Shown here: in pieces, positions 37,521-46,541 of the stretch | Position numbering within the stretch: the stretch's first letter is position 1 | Layout of the letters: each line of letters begins with the position of its first letter | NCBI GenBank assembly: GCA_949292335.1 | Contig: CASEYY010000016.1 | Span: 16,922 to 80,921 of the forward strand | Origin: an uncultured Pseudomonadota bacterium | Lineage (GTDB): Bacteria; Pseudomonadota; Alphaproteobacteria; RF32; CAG-239 | Reading direction: 5' to 3' | Length of the DNA: 64,000 nt | The notes under the pieces: model-generated | The model's database searches: none | Seen by the model: only the letters and a program-made list of their open reading frames with translations | Told to the model about the DNA's origin: nothing | Program-made: the position numbers and the translations under genes

Positions 37521-38469
37521 AAAAAATTGGTGGGCTTTATCCGTAATAATACTTACTTTCTTGCTGACAGTCACAGCGGCAATATGGTATGAGCAAAAAG
37601 ACAGTGCCAATAATTTGCAAGGTAAATTGGTATTTGCCAAAACTTATAACGATGGTAGCAGAGTTAATAAAATTGTTATTTCATCAAAAGACGGATATGT
37701 TATTCTAAAGCAAGAAAACAGCTATTGGTTGTTGGAAAACGGCGGAATGTATTTTGCTGATTTTAGGTTGATACATTCTTTGTTATCAACAGTAAATCAG
37801 AGCATCTATATGATGAAAATTCCTTATGATGCACAAAAACTCAGTAAATATCTTTTACATAATCCCGAAAAGCAAAAAGAAAACAGTGGGGTACTGATTA
37901 AAACTTATGTCGATGAAAAAATATTGGATGAAATCATTATCGGCAGAGAGGCAGACACGAAAAAATATTTTTATGTTATGAATCCTAAAAATAAAGATAT
38001 TTGGCTGGCCGACGGTAATTTTAATTTGCCGCTTAAACCTGAGGAATGGTTGCTCAATCCGGTCTTGTCGGTGCCTAAAAACGCAGTTGAAAGTGTTACC
38101 ATTGCGAAAAGTTATGTGCAACGAGAAAAACAAGCTGCTTACTTTTTTAATGAAAAAGGAAACAGAGTTTTTGTTGAACCGCTTTTGAATATTTTATATG
38201 CTTTGAATATCGTCAGTGCCGAAAAACAAAAGCCCGAAGACGAGCCCGCACGAGTAATTGATGTGATAACTTTTTACGGTTTGGAGTATATTATAAAATT
38301 GTATAACAAAGACAATAAAATCTGGGCAAAGATTGATTTGACAACAACTTCTTTGCCGAAGTCTCAAGTAAAAGAATATATTAATGAAAACAGTTTTCTT
38401 TACGAGGGATGGTTGTTTGAAATTGCACCTGGGCAGGCTCATGTGCTGCGGGATTTTAAACTGGAATAA
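37513..38469 (+). CDS. DUF4340-like membrane-anchored protein
   Basis: 318 aa with an N-terminal TM. It overlaps the gldG-like gene by 8 nt, and the position after GldG matches the usual GldAFG-DUF4340 arrangement. Assignment is by context only. Confidence 0.5.
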   Translation: MNKKNWWALSVIILTFLLTVTAAIWYEQKDSANNLQGKLVFAKTYNDGSRVNKIVISSKDGYVILKQENSYWLLENGGMYFADFRLIHSLLSTVNQSIYMMKIPYDAQKLSKYLLHNPEKQKENSGVLIKTYVDEKILDEIIIGREADTKKYFYVMNPKNKDIWLADGNFNLPLKPEEWLLNPVLSVPKNAVESVTIAKSYVQREKQAAYFFNEKGNRVFVEPLLNILYALNIVSAEKQKPEDEPARVIDVITFYGLEYIIKLYNKDNKIWAKIDLTTTSLPKSQVKEYINENSFLYEGWLFEIAPGQAHVLRDFKLE

Positions 38470-38503
38470 TATTTTGTTAAAAAAAATTGCATTTATTTGT
38501 AAT

Positions 38504-38533
38504 TTGACTTAACCTGTAGAAGCTTTTGATAAT
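38504..38533 (+). promoter_or_regulatory. Candidate sigma-70 promoter for the MsbA-like gene
   Basis: TTGACT-18 nt-GATAAT. Confidence 0.35.
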
Positions 38534-38545
38534 ATATGGTGACAA

Positions 38546-40309
38546 ATGATAAGAAGATTTAAGAAAAAAATTAAAGAATCGCAAATGATACGCGATTATT
38601 CAAAAATGTGGAAATATGTAAAGCCATACTGGGGGCGAGCACTCTTGACTCTGGTAATAACAATTCCAATAGGTGCTATGGATGCGGTTATTGCTTGGGC
38701 ATTAAAACCATATATGGATGTGGTTATGGTGGAAAAAGGAACGCAGTATACCGCACTTATTCCGTTGGCAATTATTTTATTTACTTTGATCCAAAGTATT
38801 TTTAACTATGTGTCTACTTACCTAAATACTTGGGTGGGGCAGAAGGTTTCGATGGGGCTAAAGTTGGATTTGTTTAGAAAACTTTTGCACTATAACGCCG
38901 CTTTTTTTGATAAAAGAAATTCGGGAGAAATCATTTTTAGATTTAACAGTGATGTGGATACAAGTTGTAGTGGTTTGTTGGCTAATCTTAAATTATTTAC
39001 CACGAGATTGTTTTCGTCTTTAGCTCTTATTGCGGTTTTGTTTTATAATTCCTGGCAACTGGCTATCGTGGCTGTAATTGTTTTGGGTGCCGCTTTGTAT
39101 CCTTTGATGTTGGTAAAGAAAAAAATTAAGCCAATCGTTGATAAATCAGTATTTTCTGGTGCTGATGTGGTCACGCATTATAATGAAACATTTACTGGTA
39201 ATCGCACAATCGCATCATATAATTTGTATGATTATCAAGCCAGAAGATTTAAAGATGCTCTGCAAACTTGTTTCAAACTTGGTATTAAAATAATACAACG
39301 CACCGGTATCATGTCGCCGATGATGCATTTTATTGTGTCTTTAGGTGTGGCCGCGGTTATTTGGTTGGGAAGCTATTTAATCGTTACTCATGAAATAACT
39401 GCCGGTAACTTTGTTTCTTTTATTGCCGCATTGATAATGCTTTATACTCCGATTAAAAACATCGGAAACAACTACAACGCCGTGCAAATGGCTTTGTTGG
39501 CAATGGACAGAGTATTTGAGCTTTTGGAAGGAACTCCGGATATCATAAATTGTGATAATCCCGTTACCATGAGAGGACTTAAAAAAGGCGTCGAATACAG
39601 AGATGTTTGTTTTGAATATGAACAAGGCAAGCCAATATTGAAACATATAAATCTTAACATCAAAAAAGGCGAAACGATAGCTTTCGTCGGTAATTCCGGC
39701 GGAGGTAAGACAACAATGGTGAACTTGTTGCCCAGATTTTATGATGTTTCGTTTGGCTCTATCTTATTTGACGGGGTAGATGTGAGAGATATAGAGTTGG
39801 ACTCTTTGAGAAACAATATCGCAATAGTGTTCCAAGATAATTTCCTGTTTTCGGGAACTATTCGCGATAATATTATGCTCGGGAATGAAAAAGCGTCGGA
39901 AAAACAGGTAAAAGAAGCGGTAAAGAGTGCTTGTCTGGATGAATTTATTGCCGGTTTGGATAAGGGGCTGGATACCAATATCGGTGAGAGAGGAGTGTTG
40001 CTTTCCGGCGGGCAAAAACAAAGAATCGCCATCGCCAGGGCATTCTTAAAAAATGCTCCGATAGTTATTTTGGATGAGGCAACCTCGGCTCTGGATAATA
40101 AATCCGAAGCAGTGGTACAGCAGGCGGTTGAAAATTTGATGAAAGACCGGACGGTGTTTATTATTGCTCACCGCTTGTCTACCGTCAGAAATGCCGATAA
40201 AATTGCCGTTATTAATTATGGTGAGTTGGTGGAAATAGGAACCCATGATGAACTTTTACAGAAAGAAGATTCAATTTATGCTTCGCTGTATCATTCACAG
40301 CTGAAGTAA
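38546..40309 (+). CDS. ABC exporter, fused permease/ATPase (MsbA-like)
   Basis: Six-TM N-terminal half, GNSGGGKTT Walker A, LSGGQKQRIAIARA signature, IVILDEATSALD Walker B. Confidence 0.85.
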   Translation: MIRRFKKKIKESQMIRDYSKMWKYVKPYWGRALLTLVITIPIGAMDAVIAWALKPYMDVVMVEKGTQYTALIPLAIILFTLIQSIFNYVSTYLNTWVGQKVSMGLKLDLFRKLLHYNAAFFDKRNSGEIIFRFNSDVDTSCSGLLANLKLFTTRLFSSLALIAVLFYNSWQLAIVAVIVLGAALYPLMLVKKKIKPIVDKSVFSGADVVTHYNETFTGNRTIASYNLYDYQARRFKDALQTCFKLGIKIIQRTGIMSPMMHFIVSLGVAAVIWLGSYLIVTHEITAGNFVSFIAALIMLYTPIKNIGNNYNAVQMALLAMDRVFELLEGTPDIINCDNPVTMRGLKKGVEYRDVCFEYEQGKPILKHINLNIKKGETIAFVGNSGGGKTTMVNLLPRFYDVSFGSILFDGVDVRDIELDSLRNNIAIVFQDNFLFSGTIRDNIMLGNEKASEKQVKEAVKSACLDEFIAGLDKGLDTNIGERGVLLSGGQKQRIAIARAFLKNAPIVILDEATSALDNKSEAVVQQAVENLMKDRTVFIIAHRLSTVRNADKIAVINYGELVEIGTHDELLQKEDSIYASLYHSQLK

Positions 40310-40361
40310 ATATGCCTAAGGTTTGCCAATGGTGGTAAACCTTATTTTAATAATTGGACGG

Positions 40362-40367
40362 TATAAT
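40362..40367 (+). promoter_or_regulatory. Candidate -10 box (TATAAT) upstream of adhE
   Basis: Perfect TATAAT 45 nt upstream of the adhE ATG, but the -35 is weak. It is preceded by an aaggttt...aaacctt hairpin (40327-40355). Confidence 0.3.
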
Positions 40368-40411
40368 GCAAAATTGTGGTAATTTTTTATAAACAGGAAA
40401 GGTCTGTAGCA

Positions 40412-43006
40412 ATGACAAATAAATCAGTCAAAACAGCTAAAGATTTGGAAGCCTTGATTAAAAAAGTCAAAGAAGCTCAAAAGGTTTTTGCAACTTTTGA
40501 TCAAGAAACCGTAAATAAAATCTTTAAGGCTGCCGCAACCGCTGCCGATATGGCTCGTATTCCTTTGGCTAAAATGGCCGTTGAGGATACCGGTATGGGC
40601 GTAGTGGAAGATAAAATAATCAAAAACCATTTTGCCGCGGAATATATCTATAATAAATATAAAAATGAAAAAACCTGCGGAATTATTAAATCTGATAAGA
40701 CCAACGGTGTAAAAATCGTGGGCGAGCCTTTGGGCGTTATTGCCGGTGTGGTTCCTACAACCAATCCGACTTCTACAGCTATATTTAAGTCTTTAATCTG
40801 CTTAAAAACCAGAAATGCAATCATCTTTTCTCCGCATCCGAGAGCTAAAAAATCAACTATCGAAGCGGCTAAGGTAGTCTATGAAGCTGCTGTTAAAGCC
40901 GGTGCTCCGGAAAATATTATCGGATGGATTGATGAGCCTTCAATCGAATTGACCGATTTATTGATGACACATCCCGATATTCACGGTATCCTTGCTACCG
41001 GCGGTCCGGGAATGGTCAAAGCCGCATATTCTTCCGGCAAGCCGGCGTTGGGAGTCGGGGCAGGTAATGTACCGGCAATTATTGATGAGACCGCCGATGT
41101 CGAAATGGCCGTTTCTTATATTTTGATGTCAAAAACTTTTGATAACGGTATGATATGTGCCTCCGAACAGTCGGTCATTGCCTTGAAACCGGTATATGAA
41201 AAAGTTAAAAAAGAATTCGTATTCAGAGGAGCATATTTGCTTAATCAGAAAGAAGCCGAAAAATTATCTAAAATAATTTTGACACCCAAAGGTGTTAATC
41301 CGGAAATAGTTGGGCAGCCGGCGGTTAAAATCGCAAAAATGGCCGGAATTAATGTGCCGGATCATACTAAAATCCTTTTGGCCGAACAGACGGTTATTGA
41401 TGTGGCAAATCCGTATGCTCATGAAAAATTATCTCCTATTTTATCTTTGTATCAGGCAGATGATTTTGAAACGGCTGTCGAGAAAGCTTTGCACTTGGTC
41501 GAGTTGGGCGGTATGGGACATACTTCGGTGTTGTATACCGATACCAGAAAACAAGACAGAGTGGATTATTTTGCAAAAAAACTTCCGACCGGAAGATTGC
41601 TGATTAACTCTCCGTCTTCTCAAGGCGGTATCGGCGATTTGTTTAACTTTAGACTGGAACCTTCATTAACATTGGGTTGCGGCTCTTGGGGAGGAAACTC
41701 CGTGAGTGAAAATGTCGGAGTTAAACATTTGTTGAATTATAAAACCGTTGCCGAAAGGAGAGAAAATATGTTGTGGTTTAGAGTACCGCCAAAAATTTAT
41801 TTCAAACGCGGGGCAACGGATTTTGCCTTGCGTGAACTGGAAGGTAAAAAAAGAGCTTTCATCGTTACCGATCGTTATTTGTTTGATTCCGGTATGGTTA
41901 ATTCCATAACCAATGTGTTGGAAGAGATGAATATCGAGTATCAAATCTTCTTTGATGTTAAACCAGATCCGACAATCTCCACTATTGAAGAAGCCTTGGT
42001 TATGATCAATGTATTTAAACCGGATGTCTTCATTTCGTTCGGCGGCGGTTCGCCGATGGATGCCGCTAAAATCATGTGGCTTAAATATGAAAGACCGGAT
42101 ATTAAATTTGAAGATATTGCCATGCGGTTTATGGATATCAGAAAACGCATTTGTACAATCGGCGATTTGGGACAAAAAGCAATTATGGTTGCTATTCCCA
42201 CAACATCGGGTACCGGTTCGGAAGTTACTCCGTTTGCGGTTATTACCGATGATGAAAGTCATGTTAAATACGCAATCGCAGACTATGCATTAACTCCGAA
42301 TATGGCAATAGTTGATGCCAACTTTGTTGATAATATGCCTAAAGGTTTAACCTCCGCCGGCGGTATTGATGCTCTTGTGCATGCCATTGAGGCTTATGTT
42401 TCGGTGATGGCTACAAACTTTACCAATTCTGCCGCTTTGGAAGCTGCCAAACAAGTCGTGAGATATTTACCGCGAGCTTATAAAAATGGTGTTAATGACC
42501 CGGTGGCAAGAGAAAAAATGCATCATGCCGCAACTATTGCCGGTATGGCTTTTGCCAATGCTTTCTTAGGCTTATGTCACTCCATGGCTCACAAACTCGG
42601 TGCCGCATTTAATATCCCGCATGGCGTTGCCAATGCACTGCTGATTTGTCAGGTCATTAAATATAATGCCACGGATTGTCCGCGTAAACAGGCAATCTTT
42701 CCGCAATATAAAATGCCGGAGGCTAAAAAAAGATATGCTCAGATTGCCAGCAACTTAAAGCTTAAAGGTAAAACCGATGATGAAAAAGTTGCCGCGTTGA
42801 TTGATGCCATTGTTGAGTTGAAGAAGGAAATTGAAATTCCGGCTTCAATTAAAGAATGGGGCATTTCCAAAAAAGATTTTGAAGCCAAACTTGATTGGTT
42901 GGTGGAAAATGCTTTTGACGATCAATGCACGGGGGCAAATCCGGTATATCCGTTAATGGAAGATATCAGAAAAATTTATATGGATGCTTTTGAAGGTAAA
43001 ATATAA
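40412..43006 (+). CDS. adhE: Bifunctional acetaldehyde-CoA/alcohol dehydrogenase AdhE
   Basis: About 865 aa. The N-terminal ALDH domain has MICASEQS (catalytic Cys). The C-terminal iron-ADH domain has [10 protein letters not shown] and the [10 protein letters not shown] histidines. Start at the ATG at 40412, with an aggaaagg RBS. Confidence 0.95.
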   Translation: MTNKSVKTAKDLEALIKKVKEAQKVFATFDQETVNKIFKAAATAADMARIPLAKMAVEDTGMGVVEDKIIKNHFAAEYIYNKYKNEKTCGIIKSDKTNGVKIVGEPLGVIAGVVPTTNPTSTAIFKSLICLKTRNAIIFSPHPRAKKSTIEAAKVVYEAAVKAGAPENIIGWIDEPSIELTDLLMTHPDIHGILATGGPGMVKAAYSSGKPALGVGAGNVPAIIDETADVEMAVSYILMSKTFDNGMICASEQSVIALKPVYEKVKKEFVFRGAYLLNQKEAEKLSKIILTPKGVNPEIVGQPAVKIAKMAGINVPDHTKILLAEQTVIDVANPYAHEKLSPILSLYQADDFETAVEKALHLVELGGMGHTSVLYTDTRKQDRVDYFAKKLPTGRLLINSPSSQGGIGDLFNFRLEPSLTLGCGSWGGNSVSENVGVKHLLNYKTVAERRENMLWFRVPPKIYFKRGATDFALRELEGKKRAFIVTDRYLFDSGMVNSITNVLEEMNIEYQIFFDVKPDPTISTIEEALVMINVFKPDVFISFGGGSPMDAAKIMWLKYERPDIKFEDIAMRFMDIRKRICTIGDLGQKAIMVAIPTTSGTGSEVTPFAVITDDESHVKYAIADYALTPNMAIVDANFVDNMPKGLTSAGGIDALVHAIEAYVSVMATNFTNSAALEAAKQVVRYLPRAYKNGVNDPVAREKMHHAATIAGMAFANAFLGLCHSMAHKLGAAFNIPHGVANALLICQVIKYNATDCPRKQAIFPQYKMPEAKKRYAQIASNLKLKGKTDDEKVAALIDAIVELKKEIEIPASIKEWGISKKDFEAKLDWLVENAFDDQCTGANPVYPLMEDIRKIYMDAFEGKI

Positions 43007-43057
43007 ACTGATGTCAAAAAAATAACCCCGTCAATCTTTGCAGAGGAGGGTGAGTTT

Positions 43058-43300
43058 ATGACTAGCAAAATTCAAATTTGTATGGGAAGCTCTTGCTTCG
43101 CTCGCGGTAACAGCAAAAATTTGCAGATTATTACCCAATATCTAAAAGATCATAATTTTGATGCTAAAGTGGAATTATCGGGATTAAGATGCTGTAACCA
43201 GTGTGCCAAAGGTCCTAATCTTACGATTGACGGGGTTGAGTATCATAATGTTGATGCCGGAACTTTGGTTGATATTTTAGATAAAGCTTTTAAGGAGTAA
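43058..43300 (+). CDS. Thioredoxin-like [2Fe-2S] ferredoxin (NuoE/HndA-type fold; HfsA-like position)
   Basis: 80 aa. Cys pattern C-x4-C ... C-x3-C (CMGSSC ... CCNQC). Confidence 0.7.
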   Translation: MTSKIQICMGSSCFARGNSKNLQIITQYLKDHNFDAKVELSGLRCCNQCAKGPNLTIDGVEYHNVDAGTLVDILDKAFKE

Positions 43301-43306
43301 TGTCCG

Positions 43307-45064
43307 ATGTCTAGCCGTGAACATCCTCTTTTTACCATTAAAAATGATTGTCAGGACTGTTATAAGTGTGTGAGAGAATGTCCGGTGAAGGCAATTAAAA
43401 TCGAAGATAATTCCGCTCAAATCGTACCGGAATTGTGCGTGGCCTGCGGTAAATGTTATAAAGTTTGTCCGGTCAGAGCTAAGCAAGACCGCGATGATGT
43501 ACCGCGTGTTAAAAATATGATTACAGCCGGAGAAAAAGTTTATATATCTCTGGCTCCGTCTTGGATTGCCGAGTTTGACAATACCACCAAAGAACAACTT
43601 CTTACGGCAATAAAAAAACTCGGGTTTGCCGGTGTAAGCGAAACCGCTTTGGGAGCAGAGGAAGTATCGACTCATGTGGCCGACTTCTTATCAGATAAAA
43701 AAGAGGGCGTTTTTCTTTCAACTGCTTGTCCGGCATTTGTTGAATACATAAACAAATATATGCCGGATTTAACCGCTGATTTAACTCCGGTGCTTTCGCC
43801 CGTGCTTGCCCATTGTAAGCTGATGCGTGATAAATTGGGGCAAGATATTAAAATTGTTTTTGTCGGTCCCTGTATTGCCAAAAAATTTGAAGCCGATCGT
43901 AATGCCGATTTATTGAACTCAAGTATTTCGTTCAGAGATCTGCGGCGTTGGTTTAGAGAAGCCGGGATTAATTATCATACAATCGAGCCGGAAAAAGAAA
44001 TTGATTTTATATACAAAAGAGCCGAAGAGGGGAGATACTACCCGATAGAAGGCGGTATGATAGAAACAATTAAACCGTACGGTAAAACTAATCATGTTTA
44101 TATGATGCAGTTAACCGGATTGGAAAATATTCAACGGGAATTGTCTGATATTAAAGGTTCAAGACCGGATTATCCGATTTTTATCGAATGTCTGGCTTGT
44201 GAGGGCGGGTGTGTTAACGGACCTTGTACCAGAAGTCACAAATCCGGTTTTGAAAAAAGAGCCAGAGTGCTTAAAGATGCACAGAAGACCAGTATGGCCG
44301 GAAAAAGAACTCCCGAAGAGGACATATCAAAAGATTATCAAGAAAAGCCCGTTGAGAACCACAACTATACCGAAGATCAGATAAAGCGGGTTTTGGCTAT
44401 GCTCGGTAAGTATACGGTTGAAGACGAAATTAACTGTAATGCCTGCGGCTATGATAACTGCCGTAATTTTGCCAAAGCCATATTAGATGGTAAGGCCGAA
44501 ATCGATATGTGTGTATCGCATATTAAACAGCAAGCTCAACGCAAGGCTAATGCTTTGCTTAAATGTATTCCCTCGCCGATTGTTATTGTCAATTCAAAAC
44601 TCTCGATTATTGAGTATAATGATTATTTTGTCAGCGAATTTTGGAATGATGAAGAACATAGTGATATCTACGATAAAAACAACCTTATCGGAGCCAATTT
44701 ACGCGATTTTGTAAGCTTTACCAATTTATTCTCCGCATCGCTTGATTTAGGCGAGGATGTCAAAAGAGAAAATGCCCGCAACAAAAGTAAACTCTACGAT
44801 GTTATGGTGTTTAATATCGAACAAAAACAAGTGGTCGGCGGGGTGATTGAAGATGTTACCAAGGTAGAAATTAAACGCGAAAAAATTGCCGAAAAAGCTA
44901 AAGAAGTTATTGAAAAGAATTTGGCAACCGTTCAACAAATCGCCTGTACTTTGGGTGAGCATATGGCTGAGACCGAAGTATTATTGCGTTCGATTGCCAA
45001 AGATTATGCCGCCGATGATTATGATAAACCAAATGTAACCATTCGCAACAAAAGGGATGATTAA
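43307..45064 (+). CDS. Sensory-type [FeFe]-hydrogenase-like protein with PAS domain (HydS / HfsB-like)
   Basis: Two CxxCxxCxxxCP motifs, then an H-cluster domain with LSTACPAF (Ala in place of the first Cys of TSCCP), VGPCIAKKFE and ECLACEGGCVNGP. Next comes CNACGYDNC-x16-C (Cx2Cx4Cx16C), then a ~150-aa PAS-like C-terminus. Confidence 0.8.
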   Translation: MSSREHPLFTIKNDCQDCYKCVRECPVKAIKIEDNSAQIVPELCVACGKCYKVCPVRAKQDRDDVPRVKNMITAGEKVYISLAPSWIAEFDNTTKEQLLTAIKKLGFAGVSETALGAEEVSTHVADFLSDKKEGVFLSTACPAFVEYINKYMPDLTADLTPVLSPVLAHCKLMRDKLGQDIKIVFVGPCIAKKFEADRNADLLNSSISFRDLRRWFREAGINYHTIEPEKEIDFIYKRAEEGRYYPIEGGMIETIKPYGKTNHVYMMQLTGLENIQRELSDIKGSRPDYPIFIECLACEGGCVNGPCTRSHKSGFEKRARVLKDAQKTSMAGKRTPEEDISKDYQEKPVENHNYTEDQIKRVLAMLGKYTVEDEINCNACGYDNCRNFAKAILDGKAEIDMCVSHIKQQAQRKANALLKCIPSPIVIVNSKLSIIEYNDYFVSEFWNDEEHSDIYDKNNLIGANLRDFVSFTNLFSASLDLGEDVKRENARNKSKLYDVMVFNIEQKQVVGGVIEDVTKVEIKREKIAEKAKEVIEKNLATVQQIACTLGEHMAETEVLLRSIAKDYAADDYDKPNVTIRNKRDD

Positions 45065-45066
45065 AA

Positions 45067-46242
45067 TTGAGCGATTCACTCTTTATTGAAATAGGCTCTT
45101 ATCAGGAACATAAAGCCTCCGAAAGTTGTTTCGGTGATGCTATACTTTCGGAAAAACTACCTGAGGAGCAAAGAATCATCTCTGTGTTATCCGATGGTTT
45201 GGGCAGCGGGGTAAAAGCAAATATCCTTTCATCTATGACCACCAGGATGGCAATGAAATTTGTTGAAAGTGATTTGGATTTGGTGCGTTCGGCCGAGGTT
45301 ATGATGCAGGCTTTGCCGGTGTGCCAAATCAGAAAAATAAGCTATGCGACTTTTTCAATAATTGATGCGACTTTGGAAGGTAAAACCCGCATTTATGAAA
45401 TGGATAATCCGCAATGTTTCGTGGTACGGGATTTCCAACAATACCATCCGGCTCACCATGAAATTTCTTCGGAAAACTGGAAAGACCGCATTATTAATGT
45501 TTATCAGTTTGTAGCCAAAGAAGAGGACAGAATAATCATTATGTCGGACGGAGTGACGCAGGCCGGACTCGGTAATCCTAAATATCCTCTCGGTTGGCAG
45601 AGAGACGGGGTGTGGAAATTTATTGAAAATCAGGTGCGTAGGCATCCGCATATTTCGGCAAAAGATTTGGCCGAAGCTATAGTAAAAGAAGCACTGACTA
45701 AAGAAAAAGACGGTAAGGCCGGAGATGATATCAGTTGTGTGGTGGTATATTACAGAAAGCCTCGCAAATTACTCCTCTTGAGCGGGCCGCCGTTCGATGA
45801 AGAAAAAGACCACGAAATTGCCGAAATGATCGACTATTATGATGGTAAAACCGCAATATGCGGCGGTACAACCGCTAATATAATCGAAAGAGAGCTTTGT
45901 CTTAAATGCGAAATGGATAAAACAAGTTTTGATCCCAATATTCCCATGGCTTCAATAATGCCGGGAATTGACCTCGTCACCGAAGGTATTCTTACTTTGA
46001 CCGAAGTTTATCGTATGCTGAAAGAAGGAATCGACGAGGATAAAGATAATGCGGCAACCAGATTAGCTAAGTTGCTGCTTGATTCCGATAAAATCGATTT
46101 TGTTATCGGAACCAAAATAAATGAAGCCCATCAAGACCCAAATTTACCGATGGAGCTTGACATTCGCCGAAATATTGTTAAAAAGATTTTTAGAATTTTG
46201 CAGAGTAAGTTCTTAAAAGAAATTACGGTAAAATATGTTTAA
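45067..46242 (+). CDS. PP2C/SpoIIE-family serine phosphatase with uncharacterised C-terminal domain (HfsC-like)
   Basis: CFGDA...VLSDGLGSGVKANILS...IIMSDGV...GDDISCVVV are PP2C metal-binding Asp blocks. About 160 extra C-terminal residues are of unknown fold. TTG start 2 nt after the hydS-like stop. Confidence 0.7.
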   Translation: MSDSLFIEIGSYQEHKASESCFGDAILSEKLPEEQRIISVLSDGLGSGVKANILSSMTTRMAMKFVESDLDLVRSAEVMMQALPVCQIRKISYATFSIIDATLEGKTRIYEMDNPQCFVVRDFQQYHPAHHEISSENWKDRIINVYQFVAKEEDRIIIMSDGVTQAGLGNPKYPLGWQRDGVWKFIENQVRRHPHISAKDLAEAIVKEALTKEKDGKAGDDISCVVVYYRKPRKLLLLSGPPFDEEKDHEIAEMIDYYDGKTAICGGTTANIIERELCLKCEMDKTSFDPNIPMASIMPGIDLVTEGILTLTEVYRMLKEGIDEDKDNAATRLAKLLLDSDKIDFVIGTKINEAHQDPNLPMELDIRRNIVKKIFRILQSKFLKEITVKYV

Positions 46243-46265
46243 CCCTTAACAGAAGGATTTGTCCC

Positions 46266-46541
46266 ATGGAAAAAATACAGGTAAAAATCTGTGCCGGAAC
46301 TGCTTGCTTCGTAATGGGAGCTCCGCAAATACAGGCTTTGGAATTTTCTACTCCCGAGGATCTGGCCGATAAAATCGAAGTTACCGAAGTGAGATGTATG
46401 AATCACTGCTCGCAGGGTAAAGGGTATAATAAAGGACCTTTTGTCGAGGTTAACGGTGAGGTTATTGAAGAAGCCACCATGGAAAAAGTAATTACCAAAA
46501 TCAGAGATTTGATTGCCAAAGAGGAAGAAGAAAAGTGTTAA
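46266..46541 (+). CDS. Second thioredoxin-like [2Fe-2S] ferredoxin
   Basis: 91 aa. CAGTAC ... CMNHC (C-x4-C ... C-x3-C). Confidence 0.7.
   Translation: MEKIQVKICAGTACFVMGAPQIQALEFSTPEDLADKIEVTEVRCMNHCSQGKGYNKGPFVEVNGEVIEEATMEKVITKIRDLIAKEEEEKC

Noticed and set aside
40368-40411. Rex operator (TTGTGAAnnnnTTCACAA) upstream of adhE
   Set aside because: Only the left half (ttgtgg) resembles the consensus and the right half does not match. It is not supportable.
41666-42262. 198-aa minus-strand ORF
   Set aside because: It is antisense to adhE, with no independent signals.
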